Of a stretch of DNA of 64,000 bases, positions 11,906-25,222 are shown in pieces; the stretch's first letter is position 1, and each line of letters opens with the position of its first letter. The notes beneath the pieces are model-generated. The model saw only the letters and a program-made list of their open reading frames with translations. It had not been told where the DNA came from and did not search any database. Source of the stretch: Trichodelitschia bisporula (lineage: Eukaryota); contig ML996691.1 of NCBI GenBank assembly GCA_010356995.1, forward strand, positions 1,184,174-1,248,173, in the 5' to 3' direction. The position numbers were made by a program, and so were the translations under genes.

Positions 11906-14900
11906 TCACAATTCATCCCTCGACCTGGCCGAACTCCCAGCATCCGCCGTCTGCTCCTCCCCAACCCCATCCGCGCTATTCTGCTCACTCTCCTGCACGC
12001 TACCCCTCGGGGCCTCCTCACCCCTCTTCCTCCTCGCCAGCGCCGCAATCTCCTCATCATACTCCGTCCACTCCGGCACCTGGCGCCTCGCACGATCCAG
12101 CTTCGGCTCCTTCGTTTGCGGATTGTTACAAAGATCAATCGTCTTCGCGTCCTTGAGACTTTCGTCACTGCACCACGTCTCGCACCACAGCCACTCCTGC
12201 GGCAAGCTGTGGATTGGCAGTACCATCTGCATGTTGTTCGGCAGATCTTGGTCCAAGTTCGAGAGCGAATTGGGGTCGGCGCTGAGCTGGTGATATTGCT
12301 GCCGCAGCCGGTCGCCCGCCGCCATCTGCCTGAACCGCTTGAGATCGACGACGTACAGCGCGGAGATGTGGTAAGGGAGGCCGCGGAGGAAGTTCTTCCA
12401 GTACCCTTGCTTCCAGAAGCGAAAGCCTTCCATCTCGGTGCGTGAGTCGCACATGGGCGTAAAACCATAGGGTGCGCCCTGGAGATCATGCGTGACCAGC
12501 TCGTACATATCAGTGCGAACGATCTGGTCGGCGTCGACGAAGATGACCTTGTCGAGGTCGAGTGGGAAAAGCACGTCCAAGAAGAGGATCTTGTAGCCCC
12601 AGATTTCGCGCTGCTTCTCCTTCTGGGCCCGCAGCCAATGCGGCCACTTGTACGTAACCATCTCATAAGTGAATCCATACTCCTCGGCCATGGTCGGAAG
12701 GAAGGATTTGAAAGACGGCGACAGGAATTGCTCGATGAACCAAAACTTGACAGTATGGTTGGTGTGCTTCATCACGCTGACCATCATGATGTTCAGCATA
12801 CGCTCGTACAGGTGACCGCTGGCAACGGAGAAGATATTGATCTCGGCTTGAGTCCCTGCTTTAGACTTCGTATTAGCCAACCTGCCCAGGCCCTTGAGAA
12901 GACCAGCTCCGCGCTGGATGGCCTCGGAGAGGTAGTTACCAGGTTTAGTGTGTTTCAGGCCAGCCTTCTGGAGTAGTCCGTCCACAAGGCCAGCGCCCTG
13001 TGAGATGATATCCGAGCCTCCGGAGCCTGCCTCCTGGAGAACATCCTCGTTATCCATGCCAGGTTTCCGAGAAATGCGAGGAAACAAGGTTACGCCCTGG
13101 AAACTGAGGAGTGTGACTTCGGTAGATTCGTCGCCTGGTTGTGGGTTGTAACCAAGAGCGCCCACACTGTCAATGTGGAAGATCCGCTGGCTAGACCCAG
13201 GCTTTAGGGAGATGTTGTAGAACCCGGGGTTTGCCTTGAACTGGAAGTAGCCTAAGTTAGACATGATGATGGTGTCTGCGAAGTTGGGATCCTTCGCGGT
13301 TGATAGGACCAGTTGCGCCCCCCGCGGAGGTGCGCCTTGTGCGACTTCACGAGAATGGCCTTCGATGAGGATGTTTTCCAGCTCGTAAATTGCATCGACG
13401 TTTGAACCAGCGCTCAGTGTGCTGAGCTTGATGTTGTCCAGGTCGTGAACTGATTCTTTCGGTGCAACAAGCCACGACGCCGGTACATCCATGCCGGCTG
13501 TGAGTAGAGCTTTCTTGGGCACACTAGAGAAACGAGCTCCAAGCTTTTGCAGGGACCCGTCGTTGGTGAACGAGGGCTTCGACTCCAGGACATAGCGGTA
13601 AAACCGCTTGATGGGCAGTTCCTGCAGCTTCTCCTTCGGATTCAGGAAAAGCTTCAAGTAAACGCCATCCAGTTCGGACAGAACCTTAAGAATCGGGACC
13701 CATCTCTGCGCGACCTCGGTGGCGGGATCAATAGAACCGATGATTTGGATGGAAGCGGTGGCGATGTCACCGGTGCTAAGGGAGGTATGCTCCCCAGTCC
13801 AGCTGTCAAAAAGTGCGGTCCGTACAGGGGGCGGCAGTTCGAAAATGCCTTCTGGCATGTCCGAAACGGTTGAAACCGCCAGCAACGAGCAGAGCTTGGC
13901 CGTATCGGCTGCCCTTTTGAGTTTATCCGTCAGATTGAGGTCAACGATAGCCTTCGCGGCAGGTAGAATGCGCTTGGTCGCTTCGAAGTCGAGGAGCGTG
14001 GAGAAATCGTCAACTGAGAAAGCGACGCTCTCGGGAATGGGCCCCAGGCGTCTGCCGTTGATCACCAAGCCATTCTGACCTTTGGAAAGTCCGAGCTTCT
14101 TGCAAAGAGGCAGCGTGTCAGGCCACGATACCTTCGTGCTGCTGTCGGTCGATGTTTCAAGTGTCTGAAGGCTCTCAATGAGCTCTGGTAACTTGTTGGC
14201 GGTCCAATGAGCTCCTTTCCAATTCGCGAGAAGCCGAGAAGCGCGGGACGATGCATCGCCGTTGTGCACCAGAACAACTTCAAGGTTCTCATGCTCTTTG
14301 CGGAATTCCACTGCATCAAGTGCGAGCTTAAAGCCAGTATTGCTGTTGAAGTCGCCAACGACAAGAAGCTGAGTCCAGAGCTCGCTGTCTGCATCTTTGG
14401 AGGCGGGAACTGTTGGCAGCTCGGATTCGAGCAGGGACTCTTCACCTTCGTACACGTTTGCAAGATTATAGAGCTTGATGTCTTTCGGATCCTCGGGAAT
14501 GATCAGAGGGTTCCGGCGCAAGGATGCTGTGCTCAAAAATTGGGAAGGAATCCAAGTGTCCTCTGCGATGACTTCTTCAAAAACGGCACGCTGTACCCAC
14601 CGGAGGTCGAGAGTAACCCGTTGGCTCAGTGTTGTAAGCCACTCATCATCTTTCTTAATGGGCACTCCGTTGATGAATATGGGCGTGGTGCCGCTAGCAC
14701 CGAGGCGAGCCAGATACTTTTGGGAGTCACTTGTTCTCTCTTTGTAGGGGTCGAATGCCAGAGCTTCCTCCAATGTGAGGGGACCTTTCTTGGTCCTATC
14801 CTTGAACTTCTCCGCCACATCAGCGAAGATTTTCGGATTGGGTGATGTTGTCTTCTTCGCTTTCAAGGACTAAAAAGTCAGTTGTGAGCTACGTCTCAGA

Positions 14901-16646
14901 ACCACGACGTACGGATTGTAGATAGTCCACAAGCGCCCCCAGTCCGTACGTTTCGGCGACGTAGTATACCACAACAGCCTGTTCAGCAGCATTTGCACTG
15001 CTAGTCACAGGGACGAGGCCCCAGCGACAGGGCACTTTGCGCTTGATAATATCTTGAATGTAGTCGACGACCATCGTCAAGTCCTTCGGATTCGTGAAGT
15101 CGATCGGGACGATGGCATTGTGGATGTCTTTCCGAACGGAGGGAATCTGACCGGGATAGCCCCTTTGAAGTAACTAGCATACGTTAGAAAAGCCCTACAC
15201 GGAAGGACAGCCAACTTACGGAATATAGGCCGTGCGGCCAGTCCTGGTATCTCTTATCCTTTTCAATGTCATTCAGCCATATGATCACATGGCCGCCTTC
15301 GGTCTCGTCTCGCCAATCGTATCTCTGGGTATCGGCATCTCCTTGTGCCTCTGCAATGGCAGAATGAGAAAGTATACTAATGGCATCCCGTGATGTGAGG
15401 CCCAGGGACTGGAAACTGCTGATGAGCTTCCGTTCCCTGCGGAGCTGATCAAGAAGCGAGAAGGCGTCCATCTTCCGAGCATCCATCTGTAGGCCATTGA
15501 AAAAGAGGAGGTTCATGCCCGACGGAAGGAACTTCTCGCGGTTCGCGCCGTGCTCAGCGTAAAACTCCTCAGAGTAGTTTTTGGTGACCAGAGAGGCGGA
15601 GTATTTGGGGAAGTCCTGCGTGACTTTGACGAGGGCATCTAAGGGACTTTCGCTATTGATGATATAGCTCGACGCCTTCAAATCGAGTTCTTCCAACTCT
15701 GAGGATGACAGGGGTCGGAGGTCATCAACCTCCTCATCCGCGGCGTCATTCTCTCCAGCTTTAATGGCAACCTCCTCCTTTGCCCCTTCCGCCTGACGGT
15801 CATCGATCACGATGTAGTCCGTCCTCTTCAACGCCAGCTGTACGCCGTATCCGCTAACACTAAGAGGCTCCCCGGACCTGCCCACCGGGGGCTTGTAACG
15901 TACTCTGTACGATACCTTGCCATCCTTCGCCGCTTTGCTGATGGTCTGGTGAAACTTGTGGAATGTCGGGGACGAAATATCGGCGTAAACCACCGCGGGA
16001 AGGCTTTTCGGTGACCCCAGTAGGCGATCAAAGGGCAGCTTGTGTGACTCGTCTCCCCTGCGGTGCGTCAGATGGCTCAGGCTGCCATGCGGGCAGATCT
16101 ACCTTAGCCTTTTGATAGCCGTATTCTCATTTTCAAACTGGGGCGAGCAGAACTGCTTCCCTGCGAATTCCACCCAGGCCTCGCAGCCCACTCCCTGTGA
16201 ACCATCTAGTCGAGGCACGATAGACGTCTTGTAGTACTGGTAATGAGCCTCAATGCGCGGCGCGGAATTGCGTATGGAGAGGGCGAGCTGGAAGGAGGAG
16301 AGAGATTGGGGATCGGTCAAAAGGTCATCGTCCTTGAGTAGCTGCAAGAACCTTTCGTACAGCTCCTTGTCCGTTGTGGCATCTTGGAAGTAGCCCGCGG
16401 CGATTCGGTCGAGAAGGGGGAAGTAGACGGAAGGTTTCTCATCTGTTGCTGATTCCCTTCAAAGTTCAGGAGGCTGTTGCAAGGTATAGGAGTGGCTTAC
16501 AAGAGCTCTATGAGGTATGGCGGGGAGTCGAAGGTCGCTTGGAGTCCGACGTTAACAGACTGCCCCGCAGACACGAGAAGCGGGGCATGCGCTGCACTGA
16601 GCAAGAGGAGGAGCGCTGCTCTTAGCAGCGGTCGCGTTGATCGCAT
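11906..16646 (-). CDS. UGGT: UDP-glucose:glycoprotein glucosyltransferase (UGGT, Kre5 homolog), ~5 exons
   Basis: Signal peptide MRSTRPLLRAALLLLL. GT24 catalytic domain (INIFSVASGHLYERM, KVIFVDADQIVR, DQDLPN, WCETWC). C-terminal ER-retention signal RDEL. Introns include 16457-16500 and others near 16060-16103, 15175-15219 and 14870-14912. Confidence 0.96.
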
Positions 16647-17108
16647 GGTATACTGCTTTGGTGGTTCGCAAAGCGCAGAGGGCGCATGTGGAATCTCGAG
16701 ATGTGAAGGCCAGGTGTCGCGCGCGTCAAAGCTCCGCAGAGTCTCAAGATGCAACGTATGCTAAACAACGGCCGCCCTGGCGGCAGGAAAGGCCTTTTTA
16801 GTTGCAAATCCAACAGATGAAAGCTCAAATGCACGGCACTACCAGTATTCAGGTTTGAATTGTACGACGGAATGGGTTAAGGCGACCGTCCACTGCTTGA
16901 CCCATCACCAGGATTCATTTGAGCAGTACCGCATCGCTGCATCACCGCATCCCCGCGTGCTGCAGCCGCCCGTTCCTAAAGCAGCATAGTGCAATTTCAA
17001 GAGGCTCTGGAGGCTGACGACACTGCTACATATGCACCGAGCATTCAGTGAGGAATTGGACTTAAAAAGACATCAAATTCTCAGATCACAGAAATACTGA
17101 CTCTGCTG

Positions 17109-19428
17109 CTATTTAACCCTGAGGGCTCGGATAGGCCACTCCGGCGCCTGGTGCACCTCCGGCTTCACGCAGGCATAGCCGATCGTATGCATCAGATCCG
17201 AAGAGCCAAGCAGGCCCGTCTTGTCGAGCAAGCCGGTAGAGCGTAGCATACCCGTCCCCTTCGCCAGCAGGTCGTGACCTCTTCCCGCCGCAAATTTGGG
17301 CTTGAAAGAAGCCGCCTTGTCCATGACCCCTTTGCCAATCGTCAATGACGCAGCCTTGTCAGCCAGGCTCTGGCCGAGCACTCGCAACCTGGCCTTCTCC
17401 TTCTCATCCACCAGCATAACAAGCGAGTCCCAAGGATCGATCATCATTCCAAGCGCGGCATTCGAGTATCTCTCCTTCTTCCCGACGAATACTGCGAACG
17501 GCGGAGTGCCAGCCTTGTGGTCGATCGCCCATGTCCGGTCCTTCACGTCCTTGAAGCTCTTTCCCTCCCCCGCCTCTCCCTCCATCAATCGCACGGCCAC
17601 CGCCAGCGCCTCAAACGTTAGTACCCCCTCCGCATCCATCGCGCCCGTAGGCGCCCCCTTCAACTTCCACCAGGTATCCCCTGACTCTCCCATCGTAATC
17701 GCCGCATCCTTCATCACGCTGTCGATCAGCACCCCCGCGCGCCCATTCTCCATCACTTTGGGCAGCACGGGCAGCATACTAATCTCGTTGCCAACCGCCA
17801 TCCCCGGCGCAACCCCTAACCACTCCGCCTTGTCCCCTCTGTTCAAAAGTACCTGCATCAGATCAATCAGGGCGGGTACCACATCTTCAGATGGGTACTT
17901 GGAAGGGTCAAGGGTAACGCGGAGCAGACCCATGATGCTGAAGATCATATCGACGGGGTGGCTAGCGCAGCGCAGCAGTGCCGCGCGCCACACCGCATTC
18001 GCAAAACCCTCATCTTTGCGTTTGAACTCTCGTGCGCCCGCCAGGGCCATTAGTGGGGCTTGATCGTGCTCCGCGCTGCCGAGCAGCCGCAGAGTGATAG
18101 GCGTGGCGGCATCCCGGTCATGCTGTTTCTCGATATGGGAGAAGCGCACGCGGCCCAAAATTGACATATCGGTCAGGCTTTTGGTGTCGGCCATCGCGGC
18201 GCCATCTTCCAAATATGTAATGAACACGGGAAAGTGTGCGCTAATGACGTGGTGCGGTCCGTGGTCCCAGGCGAAGAGCGTGGCAGAGCGTGGCGGAGCG
18301 AGAGCTTCCTGTAGTGTCCAGGCGCGGTGCAGCCAGGGCGTCTCGGTGGTGAGGGAGACGAGGGCCGCGAGACCGCCAGGCACCACGAGGCAAGTCTTGC
18401 AGGCTGCGTACAGGTCATACATACGCCGGATTTGCCAGGCCCTGTCCTCGGCGGAAGCCTGGATTATGCACACGCCGTCGAGCCAGAGGAGAGGACAGCG
18501 CTCCTTGAGTGCGGCCAGGCAGGCTTTGCGCAAGACTTCGATTGATATGGGATCTGCATCTGTGGCGCCATCGATGGACATGGTTTTTGTTTCTGCAATC
18601 GCTTCTGGTGAGACCGGGACGCCGCGCCACACGTACGACAGCGCGACGTAACGGTCCTTTGGCAGGTGTTCGAACTCGATGACACGCAGCGCGGAGCGCT
18701 CGGCGAAGGCGGCGGTGTCGATAAAACGGAAGCGGCCGAGCGGGACGTCGGCGTGGGAGATGGGTGCGGAGGAGATGTCGTCAAAGGGCACTTCGAGGAC
18801 CACAGTCGCACGGGTTTCACGGAGGCGCAGCCATAGACAGACGATGGCGGCTTGGATCCTCCACTTACTGTGGGTGACGTGCACGGCTTGCTCGAGGAGC
18901 GCGATCGCCTTCTCCTGGTCGGGCCGGATATTCTCGCGCTCGAAGCGGTCCTCGTACAGCGCGCTTAATCGCTCCAAGTCAGGGCCTTTTAACATACTGA
19001 TCTGAGGGTGTAAAGTGAGAGCATCTTCCATTCTGGTGATCGCCTGGTTTAAATCATCCAGAATTCCACTGCTGCAGCGAGAACGTTGCCAAAGGAGGTT
19101 GCTCAGCGCGACGAGGCGCCCTCTTCGCTCAGGATCCTTTGTACTGAGCAGTTTGACGACTCGTTCGGTAGCCTCGATCGCCTCGCATAGATATGAGGGC
19201 CCTCGATATCCATTCTCGACCGTTCGCTCTTCATGCTCTTTGCTCAGCTGGAGCAGTAGCTTTACCTTGGAAGGTTCCGACCTTTTGCGTTCTTCAACCT
19301 GCTCATCAACTGCCTGACAGGCAGCGACAATTTCATTGCGAATCCATTCGTTACTGCTCCCTGAGACAACAATCAACAGGGCCCGTTTGAGGTAACACGA
19401 ATAAACACATACCAGGTATTTGGTCCAT
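17109..19428 (-). CDS. HET-domain (heterokaryon incompatibility) protein with N-terminal TPR-like helical region
   Basis: HET motifs YVALSYVW, LWLDGVCIIQ, QIRRMYDLY and WLHRAWTLQE. Start is in a 16-nt exon (19413-19428, MDQIP) followed by intron 19361-19412 (GTATGT...CTCAG). Confidence 0.88.
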
Positions 19429-19732
19429 AGCGCTCGGGTTCACAAATTTAGGTATGTTTGGTGCTGGAAGCGGAGCCCGTATGAACTTCTTAGGGGTACG
19501 AGTTCAGTCAGTCACATCAGAATGAAGCATGGAGGGGTAAAACGCACCATACAGCAGCATCTACCCTAGCGTCACCCCCAGCCAAAGGCGACCAATCAAC
19601 CATAAAGCCACAAGGCGGGGCAAGGCCAGCAAGAGGCTAAAGTCACAATCAGGCAATGCTGGCTTGGTGGACATCTCCAAAGGCAGATCATTGCTACAAC
19701 GCTACACATAACCAAAACCCAAGCGGCCCCGC

Positions 19733-21682
19733 TTACGGGGCTCCCAGCATGCTGTTGGTGCTAGTCGAAGCCGTTCGTCCCTGGCCCCGCAGGTGCGCAC
19801 TGCTGCCCTTGAACAGGCTGTGCCATATGAAGGCCTCACTGAGCAGCAGCTCGATGTCCTTCTCCGTCCAGTTCCGCGTAGGCAGGGCCTGAAGGAACAT
19901 CATAATCTCCTGGAAGTCCATCTTGAGCAGTTGGTCCGACCACTTGACCAGGAAAGCGGCACACACGTAGAGATGAAAGTCGGAGAAGCCACGGTCTTCG
20001 GACTACGAAAGTTAGATATGGAACTAGAGTCGACGTGGAAACATACCATATACGTATCCCACATCCGAATGGTGTTCTTGACGCTTATTTCCCGCATGAG
20101 GAGGCAGTTCATCCATCTGAAGCTGAACTGGATGAACTCAACTCCCTCGTTCTGGAGATGCTTTGCGAGGTTCGAGTCAATCCGCGTCGTAAGATCTCGA
20201 AGACTAGCCACTTGTCGCTGGATACCCGGCTGCGCGGATATATAGTTGTCCTGGATACCGTCGAGGAGCTTAGTTAAACACCAGAATGAATCAGCTTCAA
20301 CGGCATCGAGCACTGGTTTGGGCAGCTGTCCCGGGTCCATCCCAGATTCAATATCCGGATCCGTGATATACGCGCCGAGGAACACCTGCCAAAACGGCGT
20401 CACAAGATCGTTGATCCCCTGTACGTATCCGCTGGCGGGATGCCGTATCGCCCATACGTAGAGGATGCGCTCGAGTGAGCGTTGCGTCGCTTCATAGCCA
20501 TAGAGCTCGAGATGAGGGTTGGTGCGCGGAACATCGATGCTGATCTGGTGCCAGATTGCCTCGTCCAGACCACGGCTGCGACCGCGGTTGGAAGTCGGCG
20601 GCTCACCTCCACCGCCGCCACGTTCAAAGGCCTGACGTACCCCCTCGAGGTACTCCTTTCGCTTGCGTTCAAGGGCAGCAACTCGCCGTTCGCTGCTCGC
20701 TGGCAGGTACCCAAGGAGGAGCTGCCAGGTCATTGCCCGCACCTCTTCAGGGACTCCAGACCAGGCTGACGACCGTAGGTCAGGCAGAGAAATAGTGCTC
20801 GCCTGCAGGATACGCTTGAACTTGTTTATTCGGCTTATGCGCGAGGAATGGGCCTCTGTCTCCTTTGGAGGAGCATTGGGAGGTAGAGTTGGATGGTTGA
20901 TGAGGTGGAGAGAGTTTGCGGGATCGCGCAGGATGTCTTTGTATTGCGGCCGTAGAATCTTGCCCTCTGACTTCTTTGCCGTGGGATAGTTCGGGATGCC
21001 CCGCTCCTCAGCAATGTCTCCGCTGTCGACAGTCCAGGTGCTTTGTAAGGTTGAGCTCCCAGGACCATTTTGGGATGATCCGCCAGGTTCGATGCCTTTG
21101 ACGGGTTTTATCCTCTTGCCCTTGCGCCTCATGCTCGCTATACTGGGTAGGCCAAATTCGTCCTCATCGTCTTCGAAAGTGAACTCTCCTTCATCGTCGT
21201 CGTCATCGTCGTCTGTTCTCCACTCATTGTTCGATTGTCGGAGGAAGGACGTATAGCCCTTGGCGGGTGGTGGGGTAGGCTTGCTCGCCCTCGCCGGCAC
21301 GCTGGAATCTCGGCTGTGCGCCGTGCTTGGGGGCGTCCGAGGACGTGATCCGCCGGCCAGCGATCTGCGAGACCATGAGCCTCTCCTAAGCCTTCGCGTC
21401 CCATGACGGAGGTCTTACAGTGAGTCTAATCGTAGGATATCGGTGTGTGAGTATGAGGCGCCGACGACCTTTCTTGCCTCAGGCGCTTTAGCGGGGCTTG
21501 CGGGATTTGTGCGCCAAAAGGGAGACGAGGAGCTGCGGAAGCAATTTAGCAAACACTCAATACCGGTTTACGACCCACATACTCCGAGCGATCTGGGAAG
21601 AAGCGGCGAGTGTCATTAGCATGGGGGCTCATGTAGCTTGCTCGATGCACAAGTTTGGCGACTACGAACCGACCTGGACCAT
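19733..21682 (-). CDS. GYP1: TBC-domain Rab GTPase-activating protein Gyp1
   Basis: TBC motifs IWHQISIDVPRT, GYVQGINDL and FSFRWMNCLLMRE. N-terminus MVQVDRSDSSSPFWR is reconstructed from a 13-nt exon, a 10-nt microexon (21583-21592) and exon 3. The last intron is near 20002-20047. Confidence 0.93.
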
Positions 21683-22213
21683 TTCCTGCGCAGAGATGTT
21701 AAGCGGGAAATAGCGGACGTGACAGAGCTTCTCCTACCTGCTGCTGAGGCCTTTTAGGCGACATATCGGAAAGATCAGAGGTAACGCATCGCCTACGTAG
21801 TAGCTGGAGTACTTAGGCCTCTTGGATGTTACGCGCCTGGGGTTGGTGACATGGATGCCAAGGGCTGTTGGAGGCTGAGTCAGCAACGTCGTGGGGCCGG
21901 GGCCACCTTGGGCTTGGCCCAGTGAAGGCCTTGGGGAAAAGCCTCGACACTCTCCGCGTCTCCTCATCCGCTCCTTCACACCTACAACTCTTCAACGTCC
22001 ATCGTCCACCTCGAGCCAGGCGTTTCTCTCAGGAGCTCGAGATTTACAACCACGCCCTTCTTTACCGGTTGATACACCACTGCGACAAGCTCTCCCAGAT
22101 TATCTGTTTTGCTTCTCATTTAATTCGAAAGGTGTGCCCAAGGCCCGTGGTGCTACTCCGGCAATCGTGAGAACTTCATCGTCATCAGCCCTTGAGCGTA
22201 CTACCACCCCACC

Positions 22214-25200
22214 ATGGCCGATTCTTTCGAGGAAGATCTTTTCGCCGATATGTAAGTTCTTCGAATGGCTGATGATCTAAGTGCGAGTACTGATGGCGAT
22301 TGCGCGATAGTTATGACGGCGAAGATGACCCTTCTCAGCCCACTGCCCCTGCGCCAGCGCCCAAAGCCGCGCCAGAGGTCCCGCAGCCTGCTGCACAGCC
22401 CGTGAAGTTTGAGCCTGCCCCTGAAGCAACCATCTCTGCCAATATTCCGCAGCCGAGCATTGAGAATCATGGCGATAGGCAGATGGGCGGTGCTATCGAG
22501 CAACATGACAGTAATGGACATCATGCGGAACAGGCGGAGCGCTATGGTCCGATCGGTATGAAAGAGGACGGGTAAGTTCAAAATGTTATTCCCATCTCCC
22601 TCTTCCCCTCCCTCATGCAGTGTGTTTGCGAAAGGCTTCTGGGGGCACTATACGACGAGGAGTGCTACGCTGCCAGTCATTGCGAGCTTGATTTTGAGGA
22701 ACTGGAAGATGGATCCGCCTGAGAGGCATGTGCCGGTGGCGGGAACTGAGGATCAAAGGAAACATCGAGGGTTGATGGCAAGCCGATTCTGGGTTTGGCA
22801 TGGTCTACTGTGTCCTGGCTCGGCATGGCAAGCGGCTCGCGGTGGAGTTGATGGCACGGGCTGAAAAGAGTCGATGACTGCACTGAGCCTGTTATCATTT
22901 GGCTCGCTGGGCGAATCCGTGACCCTGTTGAAAACGGGGCGGCGAAAGGGCGCGAAAAAAGCACGAGATGCAAACCACGAAGGAAATCATCGGCACTGGC
23001 ACTGGCACCTCTCAACCACCTCCCATACTTCCGACATAACGCAGCTTCAAGCTGAGTGCTACTACCGATAGGTACATAGCTTCGTGTCGATATTATCTTC
23101 ATAGAGCAGACCAGCGCATCGGGATCAAGCCAACTCCTGTATGGAGCGATCTGGCATCCGAACTGGCCAAGTACCTAGCACCGACTCAGTAGCAAAAGCA
23201 ACACGATTCTCTGGACCATCACTGTGCCATTTCTGCGCACTTCTCTGCTGCTGCTTGGGGCGATGGGGAGGGGAGTGGGGTCAATGGCTTTACGATGACC
23301 CGAGGCCGGCGCGCTTGAACACCTCGCTTCGTCGCTTCAGTTCTGCAATTCCACCAGCCTTGCAGCCCATCAACACTTGCGGTTAGCCTTTCGTCAACTC
23401 ACCACTTCGCCGGCTACTCTTACTCCTCGCCTTCCTTCCGCCGGCCATTTCCCCTCGTTTCGGGCTCCTCATTTCCCTCCGCATTGCGTATCGATTGGGG
23501 ATGGCGTTATGGGATGTGTGGGGTCAACCATCTCAAAAAGCATCGTCTCGGAAGCATCGCCTCAACTCCGCTTCGCCAATGCCGTGCCGCTACAGCTGCT
23601 CTTGGCAATTGTCCCAGTTAGGAACATCGCTATATGCCGCAAACGACTATCGTCACGCCCTCGAATTCTGGGCCTCCAGAAGCCTTTTGCTAACCATGCA
23701 TGCACGTTGGCTTTGACAAAATCAATATGCACCTGAAGATGTTGCTAATTTTCCTACAGCAAGATGTTCATCGGTGGGCTCAACTGGGAAACCACAGACC
23801 GTATGCTCAGCCTTCCTTGATATACCGGTGATGCTAATATCTGTAGAATCACTCAAGGATTACTTCTCTCAGTTTGGTGATGTCCTTGAATGTACCGTAA
23901 TGAGAGACGGCGCGACCGGGCGCTCTCGTGGATTCGGGTTCCTCACCTTCAAGGACCCCAAGACTGTAAACATCGTCATGGTCAAGGAGCACTATTTGGA
24001 CGGCAAGATTGTAGGATTTTTCTCTTTTCTGCAAATTATCGACTAACGAGAACAGATCGATCCGAAGCGTGCCATCCCTCGCGAGGAGCAGGAGCGCACG
24101 GCCAAAATCTTCGTCGGTGGTGTCAGCCAGGAATGTACCGAGCACCACTTCAAGGAGTTCTTCATGCAGTTTGGTCGTGTCGTCGATGCTACGCTCATGA
24201 TGGACAAGGACACAGGCCGTCCTCGTGGCTTCGGCTTCGTTACCTTTGACGGTGAGGAGGCTGTGGACAAAACCCTCTCTCAACCCCTTTCCATTCTCAA
24301 CAAGATGATTGAGGTCAAGCGTGCCGAGCCGCGCGGGAACATGCATGATGACAAGGGCGGTAAATTTGGCCGTCGTGGAGACCGCTTCGGGCGCGGCGCA
24401 AATGACAACAACCAGGCGCAGGGCAACTTCGGCAACGATCAAGAACTCGGGAACGCACAGGGTACCTCCGGCATGACCCCGACGCAGATTGCTCGCTACT
24501 GGTACCGTATGCAGGAGTACTTTCGGATGATGCAGCAGCAGATCATGGCAAACAACATGGCCAACCAAGGCCAGGGCGCTATGCCGATGATGGGTGGTAT
24601 GAACCCAGCGATGATGCAGCAGATGGCCAGTATGAATCCCGCGATGATGCAGCAGATGGCCGCCATGCAAGGCCAGAATCCGGCCGGTGGCGCTATGAAT
24701 CCCGCGATGATGCAGCAGATGCAGCAACATATGCAACAACAGCAAGCTCAGCAACAGTCGCAGCAACAACAGCAGCAGCAAACGCAGCAATCTTCGTACA
24801 ACCCTGCAATGGAAGAGCAGGGCCCTATCGATGACAGGCCGGGCTTCAGCGCGCACGAGCAGCTCGCATTCGAGCAGCAAAAGTACGAGCGTCAGCAGGC
24901 TCACCGGATGCAACAGTACAACTCCGGCCAGGGCAGCTACGGCCAGGGTGGACCGGCTTCTTGGGACGGTATGTACGATGAGGTTCCGGCTCCAACTCCT
25001 CCTCCTGCTGGCCCGTCTCGTGGCAGCAGCGTTTCGGCTCCCAGCGGCTACGCCCGTGGTGGCCACTCGCAGCGCGGTTCCAAGAGCATTCCCCCTCCCG
25101 CTCAGCCGAGCAACGCTCCAGCCAACGCTCCGACCGGACCCAAGAACGCAGGCAAGCCGGGCGCTAACTACCGCGGCGGGGGGCGTGGCAGCCATCGCGG

Positions 25201-25222
25201 CTACCACCCCTATGCTCGCTAG
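22214..25222 (+). CDS. HRP1: Two-RRM RNA-binding protein, Hrp1/Nab4 (Musashi/hnRNP A-like) family
   Basis: RNP motifs KMFIGGLNWETT / RSRGFGFLTF and KIFVGGV / RPRGFGFVTF. Q/M-rich low-complexity tail ending RGYHPYAR (PY-NLS-like). Introns 22252-22310, 22572-23759, 23801-23846 and 24011-24055. Confidence 0.9.

Noticed and set aside
23849..25207. 452-aa minus-strand ORF
   Set aside because: Antisense shadow of the codon-biased Hrp1-like gene; no independent motifs.
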